Part shown: positions 54,206 to 64,000 of the stretch, in pieces
Layout of the letters: each line of letters starts with the position of its first letter
Numbering within the stretch: position 1 is the first letter of the stretch
NCBI GenBank assembly: GCA_963662355.1
Contig: OY759361.1
Location: forward strand, 456,031 to 520,030
Length of the DNA: 64,000 nucleotides
Reading direction: 5' to 3'
Source of the DNA: Gammaproteobacteria bacterium
GTDB lineage: Bacteria; Pseudomonadota; Gammaproteobacteria; UBA4575
Notes under the pieces: generated by a model
Seen by the model: the letters and a program-made list of their open reading frames with translations, nothing else
The model's database searches: none
What the model was told of the DNA's origin: nothing
Translations under genes and position numbers: made by a program

Positions 54206-55759
54206 CTATCGCTTCAATGCCACCTTGCCCATGCCGCCACCGAGGCGCCCGGCATCGTCCCCGCCTCGGCTCAGCGGCGAGGTGGCCGATGCGATTGAGC
54301 GACCGATGTGCACCCCTGCCCAGGCCATCATGGCACTCCATAACAGCGGCAAGCCCAGGTACAGGCTGGTCGTGATCATGTTGAGCAGCATGCGCTTAAG
54401 GTCATGCTCGCCGGGATTGGCAAACACCTGCAAGAAGACATTGACGTCCGGATACATGGACCGGATGAGATTCTGGTCCACCCACAGGGCCAGGTACCAC
54501 AGCACACTCCAGAACTTGACGGTGAAGATGGCCAGCGCACCGGTCACCATCATGGAAACCGAGTACCGGGACAACACCACGACCATGGGGAGCAGGGCAT
54601 AGATGCCGAGCAGGAACACCGCCTGCATCATGGGAAGGGCCTGCACGGCGGCGGTCACGGTCACCGAAAACAGCGCGGAGGCGGCCACGACTCCACCGGC
54701 GGCCAGCCCGCCCCTGATCCAGCTCTCCGTCGTGCCCAGCCAGCCTGTCGCTGCGGTGTTGTTTGAAACCAGGTCGTTGTTCGACCATACCGGCGGAGCG
54801 TTGGCCAGGACGGTCCTGGCAACCGCATCCTGGCGCTGCTCGCCCGCCAGCCCCGGTGCCACGGCCACAACCAGGGCTGAAAACCCGGCCGAGGTGGCAT
54901 CGGCCTGTGCAACCAGTTTCCTGCGCAGACCGATCGAGCTTTCCTCCCACCACTGCCTGCACCAGGGTCTGCCCCAGGACGGCGGAGTCCCCGGGTCGTA
55001 CTCGGTATCGCGTGTCGGCTGATAGGCCCAGCCCGGGACCGGCGTGGACGGGCGAAGCACCGTGTAGTAGCCCGGGGTTTCGCGATAGACATGCGATCCC
55101 ATCCAGTCCGGGTCATCAGGCCCGTAGGTGCCCAGCAGCATCCGGATGGCGGGGGTTGCCGGACGTTCAGCCTGGTATTTCGAGCGGGCCGGGACATAGC
55201 ACTGGCTGAAAAATTCACTGACCTCGCGGCGCAGGCGCGGGTCGGCAATGGTCGCCAGGCGCGCCTGCTGCTCGTAGGTGCGCAGATCGGCGGCCGAGGG
55301 CAGCCCTTCGACCACGGCATGGTTCAGGCCGGATGCCATGGCCAACACTGCATACCACCAGACCGGGAGGTTCACCGTTGCCGGGGAGCCGCTGAACCCG
55401 TTTGCACCGAAGGTGCCTTGCGGCGCACCGGGCGTTGCGCGAACGGGTGCCGGGTCGTTCAGGGTCGGCGGTGGCGTGTAGCTCAGGGTACCGGCATCCA
55501 GAGGTGTCAGGACGGCCGGCTGACCGGCCAGTACCACCACCAGCAACGCGATGAACAGTTCAATCTCCATGCGCCGCAGCGACAGCCCGGGAGCGGTGCC
55601 GAACTCTCCTCCCTCGGCCGGTTCCCGCCAGTGATCGATCAGGATCCCGAGAAACGGCAGATACACGATGCCCGTCCCCGAGAGCACATCCCACAGGATG
55701 TTGTAGAAAACCCAGCCGAACAGCGTGGTGAACAGCTCAAGGTAGCTGTCGAGCGTCAT
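54206..55759 (-). CDS. traG: ICE conjugal transfer protein with TraG N-terminal domain
   Basis: MTLDSYLELFTTLFGW..., P.WW, FFSQCY.PAR and D.DW.GS; multiple TM helices. Confidence 0.85.
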   Translation of the reverse strand: MTLDSYLELFTTLFGWVFYNILWDVLSGTGIVYLPFLGILIDHWREPAEGGEFGTAPGLSLRRMEIELFIALLVVVLAGQPAVLTPLDAGTLSYTPPPTLNDPAPVRATPGAPQGTFGANGFSGSPATVNLPVWWYAVLAMASGLNHAVVEGLPSAADLRTYEQQARLATIADPRLRREVSEFFSQCYVPARSKYQAERPATPAIRMLLGTYGPDDPDWMGSHVYRETPGYYTVLRPSTPVPGWAYQPTRDTEYDPGTPPSWGRPWCRQWWEESSIGLRRKLVAQADATSAGFSALVVAVAPGLAGEQRQDAVARTVLANAPPVWSNNDLVSNNTAATGWLGTTESWIRGGLAAGGVVAASALFSVTVTAAVQALPMMQAVFLLGIYALLPMVVVLSRYSVSMMVTGALAIFTVKFWSVLWYLALWVDQNLIRSMYPDVNVFLQVFANPGEHDLKRMLLNMITTSLYLGLPLLWSAMMAWAGVHIGRSIASATSPLSRGGDDAGRLGGGMGKVALKR

Positions 55760-56121
55760 GCGCCACCTCCCTGCAGGGCCTGCAGGAACCTTTGCAGCAG
55801 ATCCTGCCCGAGCATCAACTCGATCACCACCAGCCAGGCCGCGACCTGCCAGCGCCAGGCCTGCAGCCGTGCCGCCCGGAGCGCACCCATGCGGCCCCAC
55901 CGCGACAGCAGCCGGATGATGCCCGGCCAGCACAGTGCGACCAGGGCCACCACCAGCATCCGGACCGCCGTGAAGGCCGGCTGCAGCGCCTCGACCCGTG
56001 CCTGGACCTCGGCCATGGGCGAGGTGTGCAGCGCCTGCCAGAGTATCCCCCCGGTGCATGCCGCAAGCCCGAAGGCAAGCAGGGTTAGGCACACGAACCA
56101 GCGCTTGCGAAGGCCGTGCAC
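55756..56121 (-). CDS. ICE small membrane protein
   Basis: Hydrophobic ORF between the TIGR03755-like gene and traG; GTG start inferred. Confidence 0.65.
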   Translation of the reverse strand: MHGLRKRWFVCLTLLAFGLAACTGGILWQALHTSPMAEVQARVEALQPAFTAVRMLVVALVALCWPGIIRLLSRWGRMGALRAARLQAWRWQVAAWLVVIELMLGQDLLQRFLQALQGGGA

Positions 56122-56122
56122 G

Positions 56123-57505
56123 CTACGGCACGCGTCCACGTTCCAGGGGCCTCGGGTCGAGCGTGCGCACCGCGGGGACGGCAAGGGAGGCCTGGCGCCT
56201 GGCGGTCGCGCGGCGCAGCAGGACGCCCACGGTCTCGGAGACGACCTCCCGGCGCACCCGGGTCTCGAACAGCAGGCTGTCGATTTCACGGTCGAGCTCG
56301 GCGATCGAGGCATCGGCATGCTCGCGGGCGACCTCGGTGGCATAGACCTCGGGCACCTGGCGCCCGGTGAGCAACAGCCGCCTGGCCAGCAGGGCCTTCT
56401 CCACGGTCCGCGCAATACTGATCTCCGAGACCAGCCGGCTGATGACCAGGTTCTGCTCGGAGGCCGGCATGTCCCGGACCGCCTCGATGACCTGGCGCGT
56501 GATGGCGATGCCGGGCGCACCGATGGACTCCAGGTTGGCAAGCGTCGGGGGCGTGCTGCCGTCGACCAGGTGCTGGAGATTCGTGGTCACGGACCCCGCT
56601 TCCTGGTGCAGCTTGGGCAGCAGGCCGGTGCCGGGAATGCTGTCCTTGCGGCAGGTGTCGCAGGTGGTCACGATGTTCTCCCCCACCACGTCAACCACCC
56701 AGCGCCTGGCCTCAACCGGCGACCTCCAGACCTCGGCCAGCCTGGCGGCAGAGCCCGCAGGCACCGGTCCCGCGGCGGCGACCGGGCGGTTCATGTTGAG
56801 GTTGTACCCGGCCTGGACGATGTCCCCGGTGAATTCCAGCACCGGCTGGCCCGAACCCCCGGCCATGCCGCCGATCCATGGCACGCCGTTGTCCCCGTTG
56901 GCCGTCTCCACGGCATCCCTGGCCCGCACCGCATCGTTGCCTGCGATGCCCATCTGCCACTTCCAGTCATTGCCTTTCGACAGCACGACGAGATCGGCGT
57001 AGGGGTTCTTGCCCCGGGCGATTTCGGCTTCCATCTGCTCGCAGGACTTGGTCGCCAGGCGCAACGTCTCCTCGGCCTTGATCAGCGCGTTCTGGAACAG
57101 GTCGTAGAGGCCAGGGTTGGCACGCTGCAGGATGAGCGCAGGCAGGGCCGCCAGGGCGGCAGTAGCCGCGGCCGTCATGGCATTCATCATGCGCTCGGCC
57201 CCGGCCCCGATCTCGTTGAGGGTGTTGGTGACGGCCGCCACGGGATCGAACTTGCCGCAGCTGTATCCTGCGCCGAGCTGGGCCGCCCCGCCCAGGGTGA
57301 CCGAGACCACGGACGGGTTGGCGGCGGCCGATACCGGACTTGCCCCCCCGATCTCGTAGTACCAGAACCCGTCTTCCGTCGGCGCCATGGCGGCCTGGCC
57401 CGGATTTGACACGCACAGCACGGCCAGCAGCGTCCACAACCCTCCCCGCATGATCCGGGCGAGCCGGCACATTCCGGCCTGAAGAGCCTGCCTGCGGTCC
57501 CTCAT
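56123..57505 (-). CDS. Integrating conjugative element protein (TIGR03755 type)
   Basis: YYEIGGA, SCGKFDP, LQRANPGLYDL and NGVPWIGG. Confidence 0.88.
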   Translation of the reverse strand: MRDRRQALQAGMCRLARIMRGGLWTLLAVLCVSNPGQAAMAPTEDGFWYYEIGGASPVSAAANPSVVSVTLGGAAQLGAGYSCGKFDPVAAVTNTLNEIGAGAERMMNAMTAAATAALAALPALILQRANPGLYDLFQNALIKAEETLRLATKSCEQMEAEIARGKNPYADLVVLSKGNDWKWQMGIAGNDAVRARDAVETANGDNGVPWIGGMAGGSGQPVLEFTGDIVQAGYNLNMNRPVAAAGPVPAGSAARLAEVWRSPVEARRWVVDVVGENIVTTCDTCRKDSIPGTGLLPKLHQEAGSVTTNLQHLVDGSTPPTLANLESIGAPGIAITRQVIEAVRDMPASEQNLVISRLVSEISIARTVEKALLARRLLLTGRQVPEVYATEVAREHADASIAELDREIDSLLFETRVRREVVSETVGVLLRRATARRQASLAVPAVRTLDPRPLERGRVP

Positions 57506-58524
57506 GGTGGCCAGTCCATCCAGTCAATGTCGAACAGGAACCACTGGCCGCGCCGCCGGCAGCATTGGTAGGGACGCCACAGGGACCAGGCGTAATCGCC
57601 CCCTTCATCCACCCGCCCGGCCCCCCAGCTTCCCGGCGTCCCCAGATCGCTGGTGCCGAACACGCCGCAGCCCGTTTGCGCGCGCGGATGCAGCATCTGC
57701 CAGACACCGGTGCGCCGGTCACGTTCCACCAGCGGGCCTGCGGGCCACAGCTTCTGGCCCGATGCGGATGACCCCGTGAGCGGAACGTACACATGCGGCT
57801 GTCCCGTGCGGGTGACGATATCTCCGGCACGCTGTGCGATCACGGCCGCCGCCTTGGGTTCGTCCACCTGCGTGAGCCACCCCGTGCGCGGGTACACCCC
57901 GCCCCAGGTCTGCAGCGGCCAGCCACCGATTTCACGCAGGCCCGGAGTAAAGCTCGCGGGATACAGCATCTCGGGGACCGCCTGGCGCCAGGACAGCGCA
58001 TCGATGCCGGACTGGAAGTAGGGGACGAGCGCCCGGGTCTGCGAGCGGCACGTGAAGGCGGGAACGGGCAGGACCGTGAGCGGATGCCCGATCGCATCGG
58101 CCTTACGAAAGACCAGGCTGCGGTGCTCGCGGGCGGACCCCTCGGTGCGATGACCGCCACCGCCTGCAGCCACCGGCAAGCGGGCACCCAGTACGGCCGC
58201 ACGCTGGGCCCGGCCGAGCACCGTGCGGGCCTCCACCCAGGGATTGGCGCCCAGTTCGTGGTAGCTGCTGACCACCAGGTCCGGGCGGTAGTGCCCGACC
58301 TTGACAGAGGTGCGGACCTTGCACCCGGACCACGAGCACCGCAGCCAGAAGCATGACCCGACGGGTGTCCACTGCATGCACGAGGAGGCCGCAGCCGACG
58401 TGCGGGCCATGATCCCGGAGGTCGTGATCGAACCGCCCTGTACGGGGCCCGCCATCCCCAGCACGGCGGCTAAAAGCAAGGGCCCCCGGTACCAGGCGCT
58501 CATGGAGGATTCGCGGCGCGCCAT
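57502..58524 (-). CDS. Integrating conjugative element protein (TIGR03756, TraU-like)
   Basis: GSCFWL.C....C.V.TS.KV.HY.PD; WG.VYPR.G; YAW.LWRPY.CC. Confidence 0.88.
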   Translation of the reverse strand: MARRESSMSAWYRGPLLLAAVLGMAGPVQGGSITTSGIMARTSAAASSCMQWTPVGSCFWLRCSWSGCKVRTSVKVGHYRPDLVVSSYHELGANPWVEARTVLGRAQRAAVLGARLPVAAGGGGHRTEGSAREHRSLVFRKADAIGHPLTVLPVPAFTCRSQTRALVPYFQSGIDALSWRQAVPEMLYPASFTPGLREIGGWPLQTWGGVYPRTGWLTQVDEPKAAAVIAQRAGDIVTRTGQPHVYVPLTGSSASGQKLWPAGPLVERDRRTGVWQMLHPRAQTGCGVFGTSDLGTPGSWGAGRVDEGGDYAWSLWRPYQCCRRRGQWFLFDIDWMDWPP

Positions 58525-58973
58525 GCCCGGTAGTGCCCGAGCGCCGCCGCCACATCGGTAAGACCGTACACGGCCACCTGGCCGTCAAACACCATGGCCG
58601 GATAGCGGTCGATTGCGTAGTGAGCCGCCCTTGCCAGGCCGACGGCAGCATGGCGCATCCGTGCACGGTCTGTTTCGTTTACCTGCTGGACCCGTTGCCA
58701 TGCGATGTCCCGCGACGTTCCGGGACCGCCAGGCAGGTTCGCGGACAGCCAGGCCTCAAGCCTGGCGAGGCCGTCCAACTCGTACACCCGCATCTCGACA
58801 TGCGCCCGGGTGGCGTTTCGGCGGGTCGGGGGCAGGTCCGAGGCCGTGAACACCTCGATGAGCCGGGGGAGCGCGGTGGCCGGTTCAAGTGCCCGCACCG
58901 CAGGCCCGGCGGCCATCATGAAAACCAGTGACCCCCAGCAGACAAACTGTTTCCAGTGCAGGCTTTCTGTCAT
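58500..58973 (-). CDS. Integrating conjugative element protein (TIGR03757/DUF1525 type)
   Basis: IEVFT...LSANLP...YPAMVFD...VYG. Confidence 0.82.
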   Translation of the reverse strand: MTESLHWKQFVCWGSLVFMMAAGPAVRALEPATALPRLIEVFTASDLPPTRRNATRAHVEMRVYELDGLARLEAWLSANLPGGPGTSRDIAWQRVQQVNETDRARMRHAAVGLARAAHYAIDRYPAMVFDGQVAVYGLTDVAAALGHYRAWRAANPP

Positions 58974-59378
58974 TCCTCAGCATTCCCGGTCAATTCCAGG
59001 AGACATCGTGGGGCCGGGTGCATGACGGTGAAAGTGAAAACCATTCCGGCAGGTGACTGGGTTTTCGATGTCCGGCGCATACAGGCACCGATCGGCCAGG
59101 TGCTTGTCGCACCTGCATCGGCCGCGAGGTGCCCGAAGGCCTGCGGGAATGCAAGGATGCCGGCCGGACCAGTCAGGACGCATTGCCTGAATGGCCGGAA
59201 ATCGTGACATCAGGCGTGAGGACACCCTGCGGGAACGCGTGCGTTCGTGAAATAATCAGTAGAACTATATAAATAATACTATATAATATATTTATATATA
59301 TTAACTATTCAGATTCTATGCATATTTATATGTAAATATAAATTATATAATTATTCATATATATAATATTATATTATT

Positions 59379-59984
59379 ATGAAGTACACCACCGAGTACC
59401 TTGCCCGCATGCTGCACCGCGCAAGAAAGACCAAGGGACTGAGTCAGCGTCTGCTGGGCACGATGACGGCCGTGCCGCAGGGCCATATCTCACGAATCGA
59501 AAATGGTGAGGTCGATATCCGGGTATCCAGCCTCATCGAGCTGGCCCGGGCCCTTGACCTGGAACCGATGCTCGTACCCCGCGCAGCGGTCCCGGCTGTC
59601 GAGTCGATCATACAGGGCAGCCTGGAGGACACGGAGCTTCCTGGCGGGCCTGCCCTGCAGACGCGACGCGAGCTCAGGCGCCTGGATGCCCGCACGGGAG
59701 ATCTCATGCGCTCGCACCCGCAAGCAGGAGAGCTGGCCCAGCTCCGCCACCAGGTGCGCGGGCTGCTGCAGGTCCGGGTCCCGCGCCGCAGCCTCGCGGT
59801 GATCCAGGATGCCGCCAAGGCCGTGCATGCCTTCCAGCACAACACGCAGCAGCGTGCGGGCCTGCGCGATGCGCTCTCACAGCTTCGCAGCCTGCACAAC
59901 GCACTGACTCACGGGACAGCCGACGAGGCCGGGAGCAAGGCGGCCCGTTCGGCCTACCGGCTGGATGAAGACGGTCATGACTGA
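59379..59984 (+). CDS. XRE-family HTH antitoxin (HipB-like, extended)
   Basis: N-terminal HTH 'ARKTKGLSQR.L......PQGHISRIENG'; overlaps the hipA start. Confidence 0.82.
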   Translation: MKYTTEYLARMLHRARKTKGLSQRLLGTMTAVPQGHISRIENGEVDIRVSSLIELARALDLEPMLVPRAAVPAVESIIQGSLEDTELPGGPALQTRRELRRLDARTGDLMRSHPQAGELAQLRHQVRGLLQVRVPRRSLAVIQDAAKAVHAFQHNTQQRAGLRDALSQLRSLHNALTHGTADEAGSKAARSAYRLDEDGHD

Positions 59985-61197
59985 TGTGCAGGTCCTGGAC
60001 GTCCTGCTGCATGGCACACCGGTCGCAACGCTGGTGCATACGAGCGGGGAGCGGATATTCTTCACGTTCAGCGACGACTACATCGCCGATGGCAGGCGAC
60101 CTGTGCTTGGCCTGAGTTTCAAGGACGAGTACGGTGCACTGATTACCGACTTCAGGCCGACCCGGACCAGCGCACTGCCGTTTTTCTCCAACCTTCTGCC
60201 GGAAGGGCCCCTGCGAGCGATACTGGCCGGGCGGGCCGGTGTGCATCCTGCACGCGAATTCTTCCTGCTGCGTGCACTGGGCCGCGATTTGCCGGGGGCC
60301 ATCACGATGCGCCCCGCCGGGGACAACCGCACAGCCGACTCCCGCAGGGAAGGCCTTGGGGAGGCGGACCGGGGCGGGGGTGCATTGCGATTTTCGCTTG
60401 CCGGCACGCAGCTCAAGTTCCCGGTCACAACCGGGGACGGGGACAAGCCTGCGGTGCCGGCCAACGGGGTGGGCGGCTCGTGGATCATCAAGCTGCCCTC
60501 GCCCAGTTTCCCGGGCCTGCCTGAAAACGAATATGCGATGATGACCCTGGCCAGGCGCGTCGGACTGGATGTGCCGGACCTTGCCCTGTCAGACGTCAGG
60601 GAGATCGAAAATCTGCCCGGCGACACCGGCCCACTGCATGGACAGGCACTTGCCGTTCGGCGTTTCGACCGCCAGCCGGATGGCACGGGCACCCACATCG
60701 AGGACTTCGCCCAGGTGTTCGCCGTCTACCCCGGCGACAAGTACAGGAAAGCCAGCGCGCGCAGCATCGCCCGCGTCATCGGTGCGGAATGCAGCGATAC
60801 GGACATCTGCGAGTTCATCCGCCGGCTCACGTTCAGCATGCTGATCGGCAATGCCGACCTGCACCTCAAAAACTGGTCACTGGTCTATCCCGACCGGCGC
60901 CATGCAGCCCTCGCGCCCGCCTATGATCTCGTATCCACGATTCCCTACATCCCGGATACGAAGGCAGCGCTTTACGTCAGCCGCACGAATCGCTTCGACG
61001 AGTTCTCCGCGGGTGAGCTGTCACACCTTGCCGCCGGGGCCCGGCTGGCGGAAAAGCCGGTGCTCGACACCGCCCATGAAACCGTGGCACGGTTTCATCA
61101 GCACTGGCAGGGCGAAAAAGCCCACCTGCCGGTCTCCCCCGAAGTGATCCGGGCCATTGAGGCCCACCTGAAAACGATACCGATTGCAAGGCAGTGA
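59977..61197 (+). CDS. hipA: HipA-family kinase toxin
   Basis: PFFSNLLPEG, FSLAGTQLK, GNADLHLKNWS and APAYD. Confidence 0.92.
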   Translation: MTDVQVLDVLLHGTPVATLVHTSGERIFFTFSDDYIADGRRPVLGLSFKDEYGALITDFRPTRTSALPFFSNLLPEGPLRAILAGRAGVHPAREFFLLRALGRDLPGAITMRPAGDNRTADSRREGLGEADRGGGALRFSLAGTQLKFPVTTGDGDKPAVPANGVGGSWIIKLPSPSFPGLPENEYAMMTLARRVGLDVPDLALSDVREIENLPGDTGPLHGQALAVRRFDRQPDGTGTHIEDFAQVFAVYPGDKYRKASARSIARVIGAECSDTDICEFIRRLTFSMLIGNADLHLKNWSLVYPDRRHAALAPAYDLVSTIPYIPDTKAALYVSRTNRFDEFSAGELSHLAAGARLAEKPVLDTAHETVARFHQHWQGEKAHLPVSPEVIRAIEAHLKTIPIARQ

Positions 61198-61538
61198 GAC
61201 AGGTCCGGATGTCTGCTCACAGCATCCCCTGGCGCAGCACAAAAGCCCAGCACGGATACGGCCCTGCAGGGCTTCAAAGATCCCGCCAGGCCACGCGGTT
61301 TCTCCCCGGCACTCATCGGCCATATCTTGAAAATTCATTTTTAATCAACAACCTAATGTACATGACTGCACTTGCCGTCCAGCTCGCACCCCCGGTTCAC
61401 CCCGACCCCCGGGATCAGGGGTGGTGGTTTGGGCTATCATTGAATACTCTGTCAACGGGGGCGAGCCCGTATGGGAAAAACAGCGTTTGTTGAATTCTTC
61501 AGTGCGCGGTACACGGACCGGGGTCCGACATCCTGCCT

Positions 61539-62885
61539 GTGCCCGTGAAACCAGACACCCCCGGACCCGGTGATGCTTGCGCGACTGCCCTGTGCCGCGA
61601 CTGCGGCCGCCGCCCGGATGCACAGGCCCTCGCCTGCGAGACCTGCGGGTCCGAGCGCATCGTGCGCCACCGCGAACTGCACACCCTGGCCATCGCCCAT
61701 CTTGACTGCGACGCGTTCTACGCCGCCATCGAAAAGCGCGACCGGCCGGAGCTGCGCGAAGTGCCGGTGATTGTCGGCAGGCACCATCGCGGCGTGGTGG
61801 CCGCATGCTGTTACCTCGCGCGGACCTACGGTGTGCACTCGGCCATGCCGATGTTCAAGGCCCTGAAAGCCTGCCCGGATGCCGTGGTCGTGAAACCCGA
61901 CATGCAGAAGTACGAGGCGGCGGGCCGTGAAGTCCGCTCGATGATGCTGCGCCTGACACCCCTGGTGGAACCGCTGTCTATAGACGAGGCGTTCATGGAT
62001 TTTACCGGCACGGACACCGGGCACCGGGCAAGCCCCGCCCGGATGCTGGCGGGACTGGCGCGCAAGGTGGAGGCAAGGCTCTCCATCACGATCTCCATCG
62101 GGCTGAGCTACAACAAGTTTCTCGCCAAGATCGCCTCGGACCTGGACAAGCCGCGAGGGTACGCGGTGATCGGCCGGGCAGAGGCCCGGGAGTTCCTCGC
62201 CGGCCGGCCGGTCGGACTGCTGTGGGGGGTGGGCCAGGCCCTGCAATACCGCCTTGCGCGTGACGGCATCACGCAAATCGGCCAGATTGCCGGGATCAGC
62301 GAGAAAGAGATGGTGTCGCGATACGGAAAAATCGGCCGGCAGCTTTGGTCGTTCGCCCGCGGCGAGGACGAGCGCCCGGTGAACCCCGTGCGTGAAGTCA
62401 AGAGCATCTCCTCGGAAACCACCCTGGCCGAGGATCTCTCGGACCCTGCCCGGCTGCGCCCGATCCTGCGGCAACTGAGCGGGAAAGTCGCGCAGCGAAT
62501 GAAAAAGGCCGGTGTGATCGGGCGCGGCGTGACCCTGAAGCTCAAGACCTCGGATTTTCGCCTGCTCACCCGTTCACGACGCCTGGAGCATGCGACCTGC
62601 TCGCCCGAGGCCATCTACCGGGCCGGTGATCGCCTGCTGTGCGGAGAAACCGACGGGCGTGCATTCCGACTGATCGGCATCGGCGCCCATTCGCTGACCA
62701 GCACAGATACCCTGCACCAGGGAGAGGGAGACCTGTTCGGGGCCGATCCCGCAGAAGGACCCGGCGATGCCCCCGTTGAGGAGATGCTGGATGAAATCCG
62801 GGAAAAATTCGGCCCCAGGTCGGTGATCCGCGGGCGAGACTCCGACCACGAAATGAGGGCGAAGGAGCCCGGCAAGGCCGAGTAG
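61539..62885 (+). CDS. dinB: DNA polymerase IV with N-terminal CxxC...CxxC extension
   Basis: HLDCDAFYA, CY.AR.YGV.SAMP, SIDEAF and NKFLAKIAS. Confidence 0.93.
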   Translation: MPVKPDTPGPGDACATALCRDCGRRPDAQALACETCGSERIVRHRELHTLAIAHLDCDAFYAAIEKRDRPELREVPVIVGRHHRGVVAACCYLARTYGVHSAMPMFKALKACPDAVVVKPDMQKYEAAGREVRSMMLRLTPLVEPLSIDEAFMDFTGTDTGHRASPARMLAGLARKVEARLSITISIGLSYNKFLAKIASDLDKPRGYAVIGRAEAREFLAGRPVGLLWGVGQALQYRLARDGITQIGQIAGISEKEMVSRYGKIGRQLWSFARGEDERPVNPVREVKSISSETTLAEDLSDPARLRPILRQLSGKVAQRMKKAGVIGRGVTLKLKTSDFRLLTRSRRLEHATCSPEAIYRAGDRLLCGETDGRAFRLIGIGAHSLTSTDTLHQGEGDLFGADPAEGPGDAPVEEMLDEIREKFGPRSVIRGRDSDHEMRAKEPGKAE

Positions 62886-62970
62886 ACCATGGACAGGACC
62901 ACGCGCTTCGCGTATAAGCCGGACTCATAGTTACCGCTGCCCATTGCTTGATCAAACCCGACCCGCCTTG

Positions 62971-63750
62971 ATGAACCCCTTCCCCTTGCAAGCCCCCATG
63001 TGCAGGATCCTTCTCACCCTGGCCATCGGGCTGATGTGGGCAGGTAGCGCGGGCATGGCCCGTGCCCAGGCACCGGACACATCCGGTGCAATGTACGCCG
63101 GTGTGTTTGCAGGATCGGCCTGGACCGACAACCAGATCGAGGACGTGGAGGGCTTTGCCAACTGGGGACTGCCCGGCTGGTCGCTGGATTACCACGACTC
63201 CGGGCTGGTGGCAGGGATGCTCGCAGGCCGCAGGCTAGAGCTTGCAGGCATACCGCTGCGATTCGAGGTCGACGGCATGCTCGGAGACCTGAGCGCGCGC
63301 TCGAATCGCCTGGACCCCGAGGGCCTGGATGAGACCGTGGAAACGGAGATTCGCTGGATCGCCACGGCCCGGGTTGGCGCAGAACATGCGATCGGGCCAG
63401 TGCTGTTATTTGCCACCGCCGGCATGGCCGTCTCCCGCATCGATCGCTCGGTCACCGACATCGATTCGGGGCGTGACATTGCCCCGCATGTCGACCCGGA
63501 CGACTCCTTCAGCGACCAGACCACCGAGGTGGGCTGGGTGGCCGGGGCCGGGCTGGAAACCCGCTGGATGAAAGCCTGGGAGGTGCGCCTTGAGGGCCTG
63601 TACATGGATTTCGGCAAGAGCACCCATGTTGTGAACCATTCCGGGAACAACCGCTGCGGACCCGGTGGCCCGCAAAAGCCCTGCCCCTACAGAATCGACA
63701 ATGCGCTCGGGGTGGTGCGCCTGGGTATCACCTACCGGTTCGGGTCCTAG
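62971..63750 (+). CDS. Outer-membrane beta-barrel protein (Omp25-like)
   Basis: Signal peptide; 'TARVG', 'GWVAGAGLE' and C-terminal 'VRLGITYRF'; start uncertain. Confidence 0.8.
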   Translation: MNPFPLQAPMCRILLTLAIGLMWAGSAGMARAQAPDTSGAMYAGVFAGSAWTDNQIEDVEGFANWGLPGWSLDYHDSGLVAGMLAGRRLELAGIPLRFEVDGMLGDLSARSNRLDPEGLDETVETEIRWIATARVGAEHAIGPVLLFATAGMAVSRIDRSVTDIDSGRDIAPHVDPDDSFSDQTTEVGWVAGAGLETRWMKAWEVRLEGLYMDFGKSTHVVNHSGNNRCGPGGPQKPCPYRIDNALGVVRLGITYRFGS

Positions 63751-64000
63751 CAGGACACTTTAGGCAGTCGCGTACGGCCTGCTGCGGCCCCTGATCCTCT
63801 CGGGTGACTGCGTGAGAACACCGCGAATACAACGATATATGTAGTATCCGGACCATCCCTTAATGATTACGAAATTATGGGAACCTGTAAAAATTCTAGA
63901 CTTTGAAAAAGACCTCACGCGCATCTGCCGGGGGCTTCAGGCACTGGCCCATCCGACCCGGCTGAAATTATTTGTGCAATCTGCCATCAGGAGTTAACGA

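Larger units (their letters stand above)
54201..58973 (-). mobile_element. Remnant of a PFGI-1-class ICE transfer module ending at the tRNA-Arg att
   Basis: Five co-oriented ICE genes; traG stop is 5 bp from the att; upstream T4SS genes are not present in the window. Confidence 0.8.

Noticed and set aside
55091-57409. Long + strand ORFs (772 aa here; also 43503-45143, 40562-42019, 47912-48967)
   Set aside because: Antisense shadows of real high-GC genes with no recognisable motifs.
63826-63848. Possible NrdR box near the window end
   Set aside because: Poor match to the consensus, and the downstream gene is outside the window.

Overview
A 64-kb window from a GC-rich gammaproteobacterium. 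The core backbone is hemE, mrcA, aroK-aroB-dgt-dnaG, rpoD-tRNA-Ile(CAU), putA, phoX, aceE-aceF-ald, rho-trxA and gabD. Three accessory blocks interrupt it. (1) A 4.9-kb IS1-family cargo transposon lies between dnaG and rpoD (10597-15523; 21-bp terminal inverted repeats, 8-bp target duplication CCCAAACG). It carries a TbpB-like surface lipoprotein, a small basic protein, the transposase, and a NYN ribonuclease preceded by two convergent ~60-nt promoter-hairpin-terminator units. (2) A 15.4-kb island is integrated in tRNA-Ile (45-bp att repeats). It has an integrase, an excisionase-like HTH, a Rep-like protein, defence-type cargo (MmeI-like R-M, protease, Fic, HEPN-like, DUF4268, DUF2806) and a second, atypical tyrosine recombinase preceded by a ~540-nt densely structured leader. 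(3) Tandem tRNA-Arg att remnants enclose a higBA cassette and border a PFGI-1-type ICE remnant, followed by hipBA, dinB and an outer-membrane protein gene. The best candidates for undescribed systems are the structured-RNA/tyrosine-recombinase unit and the NYN/small-RNA module. All calls were made by eye; no database searches or folding programs were run.
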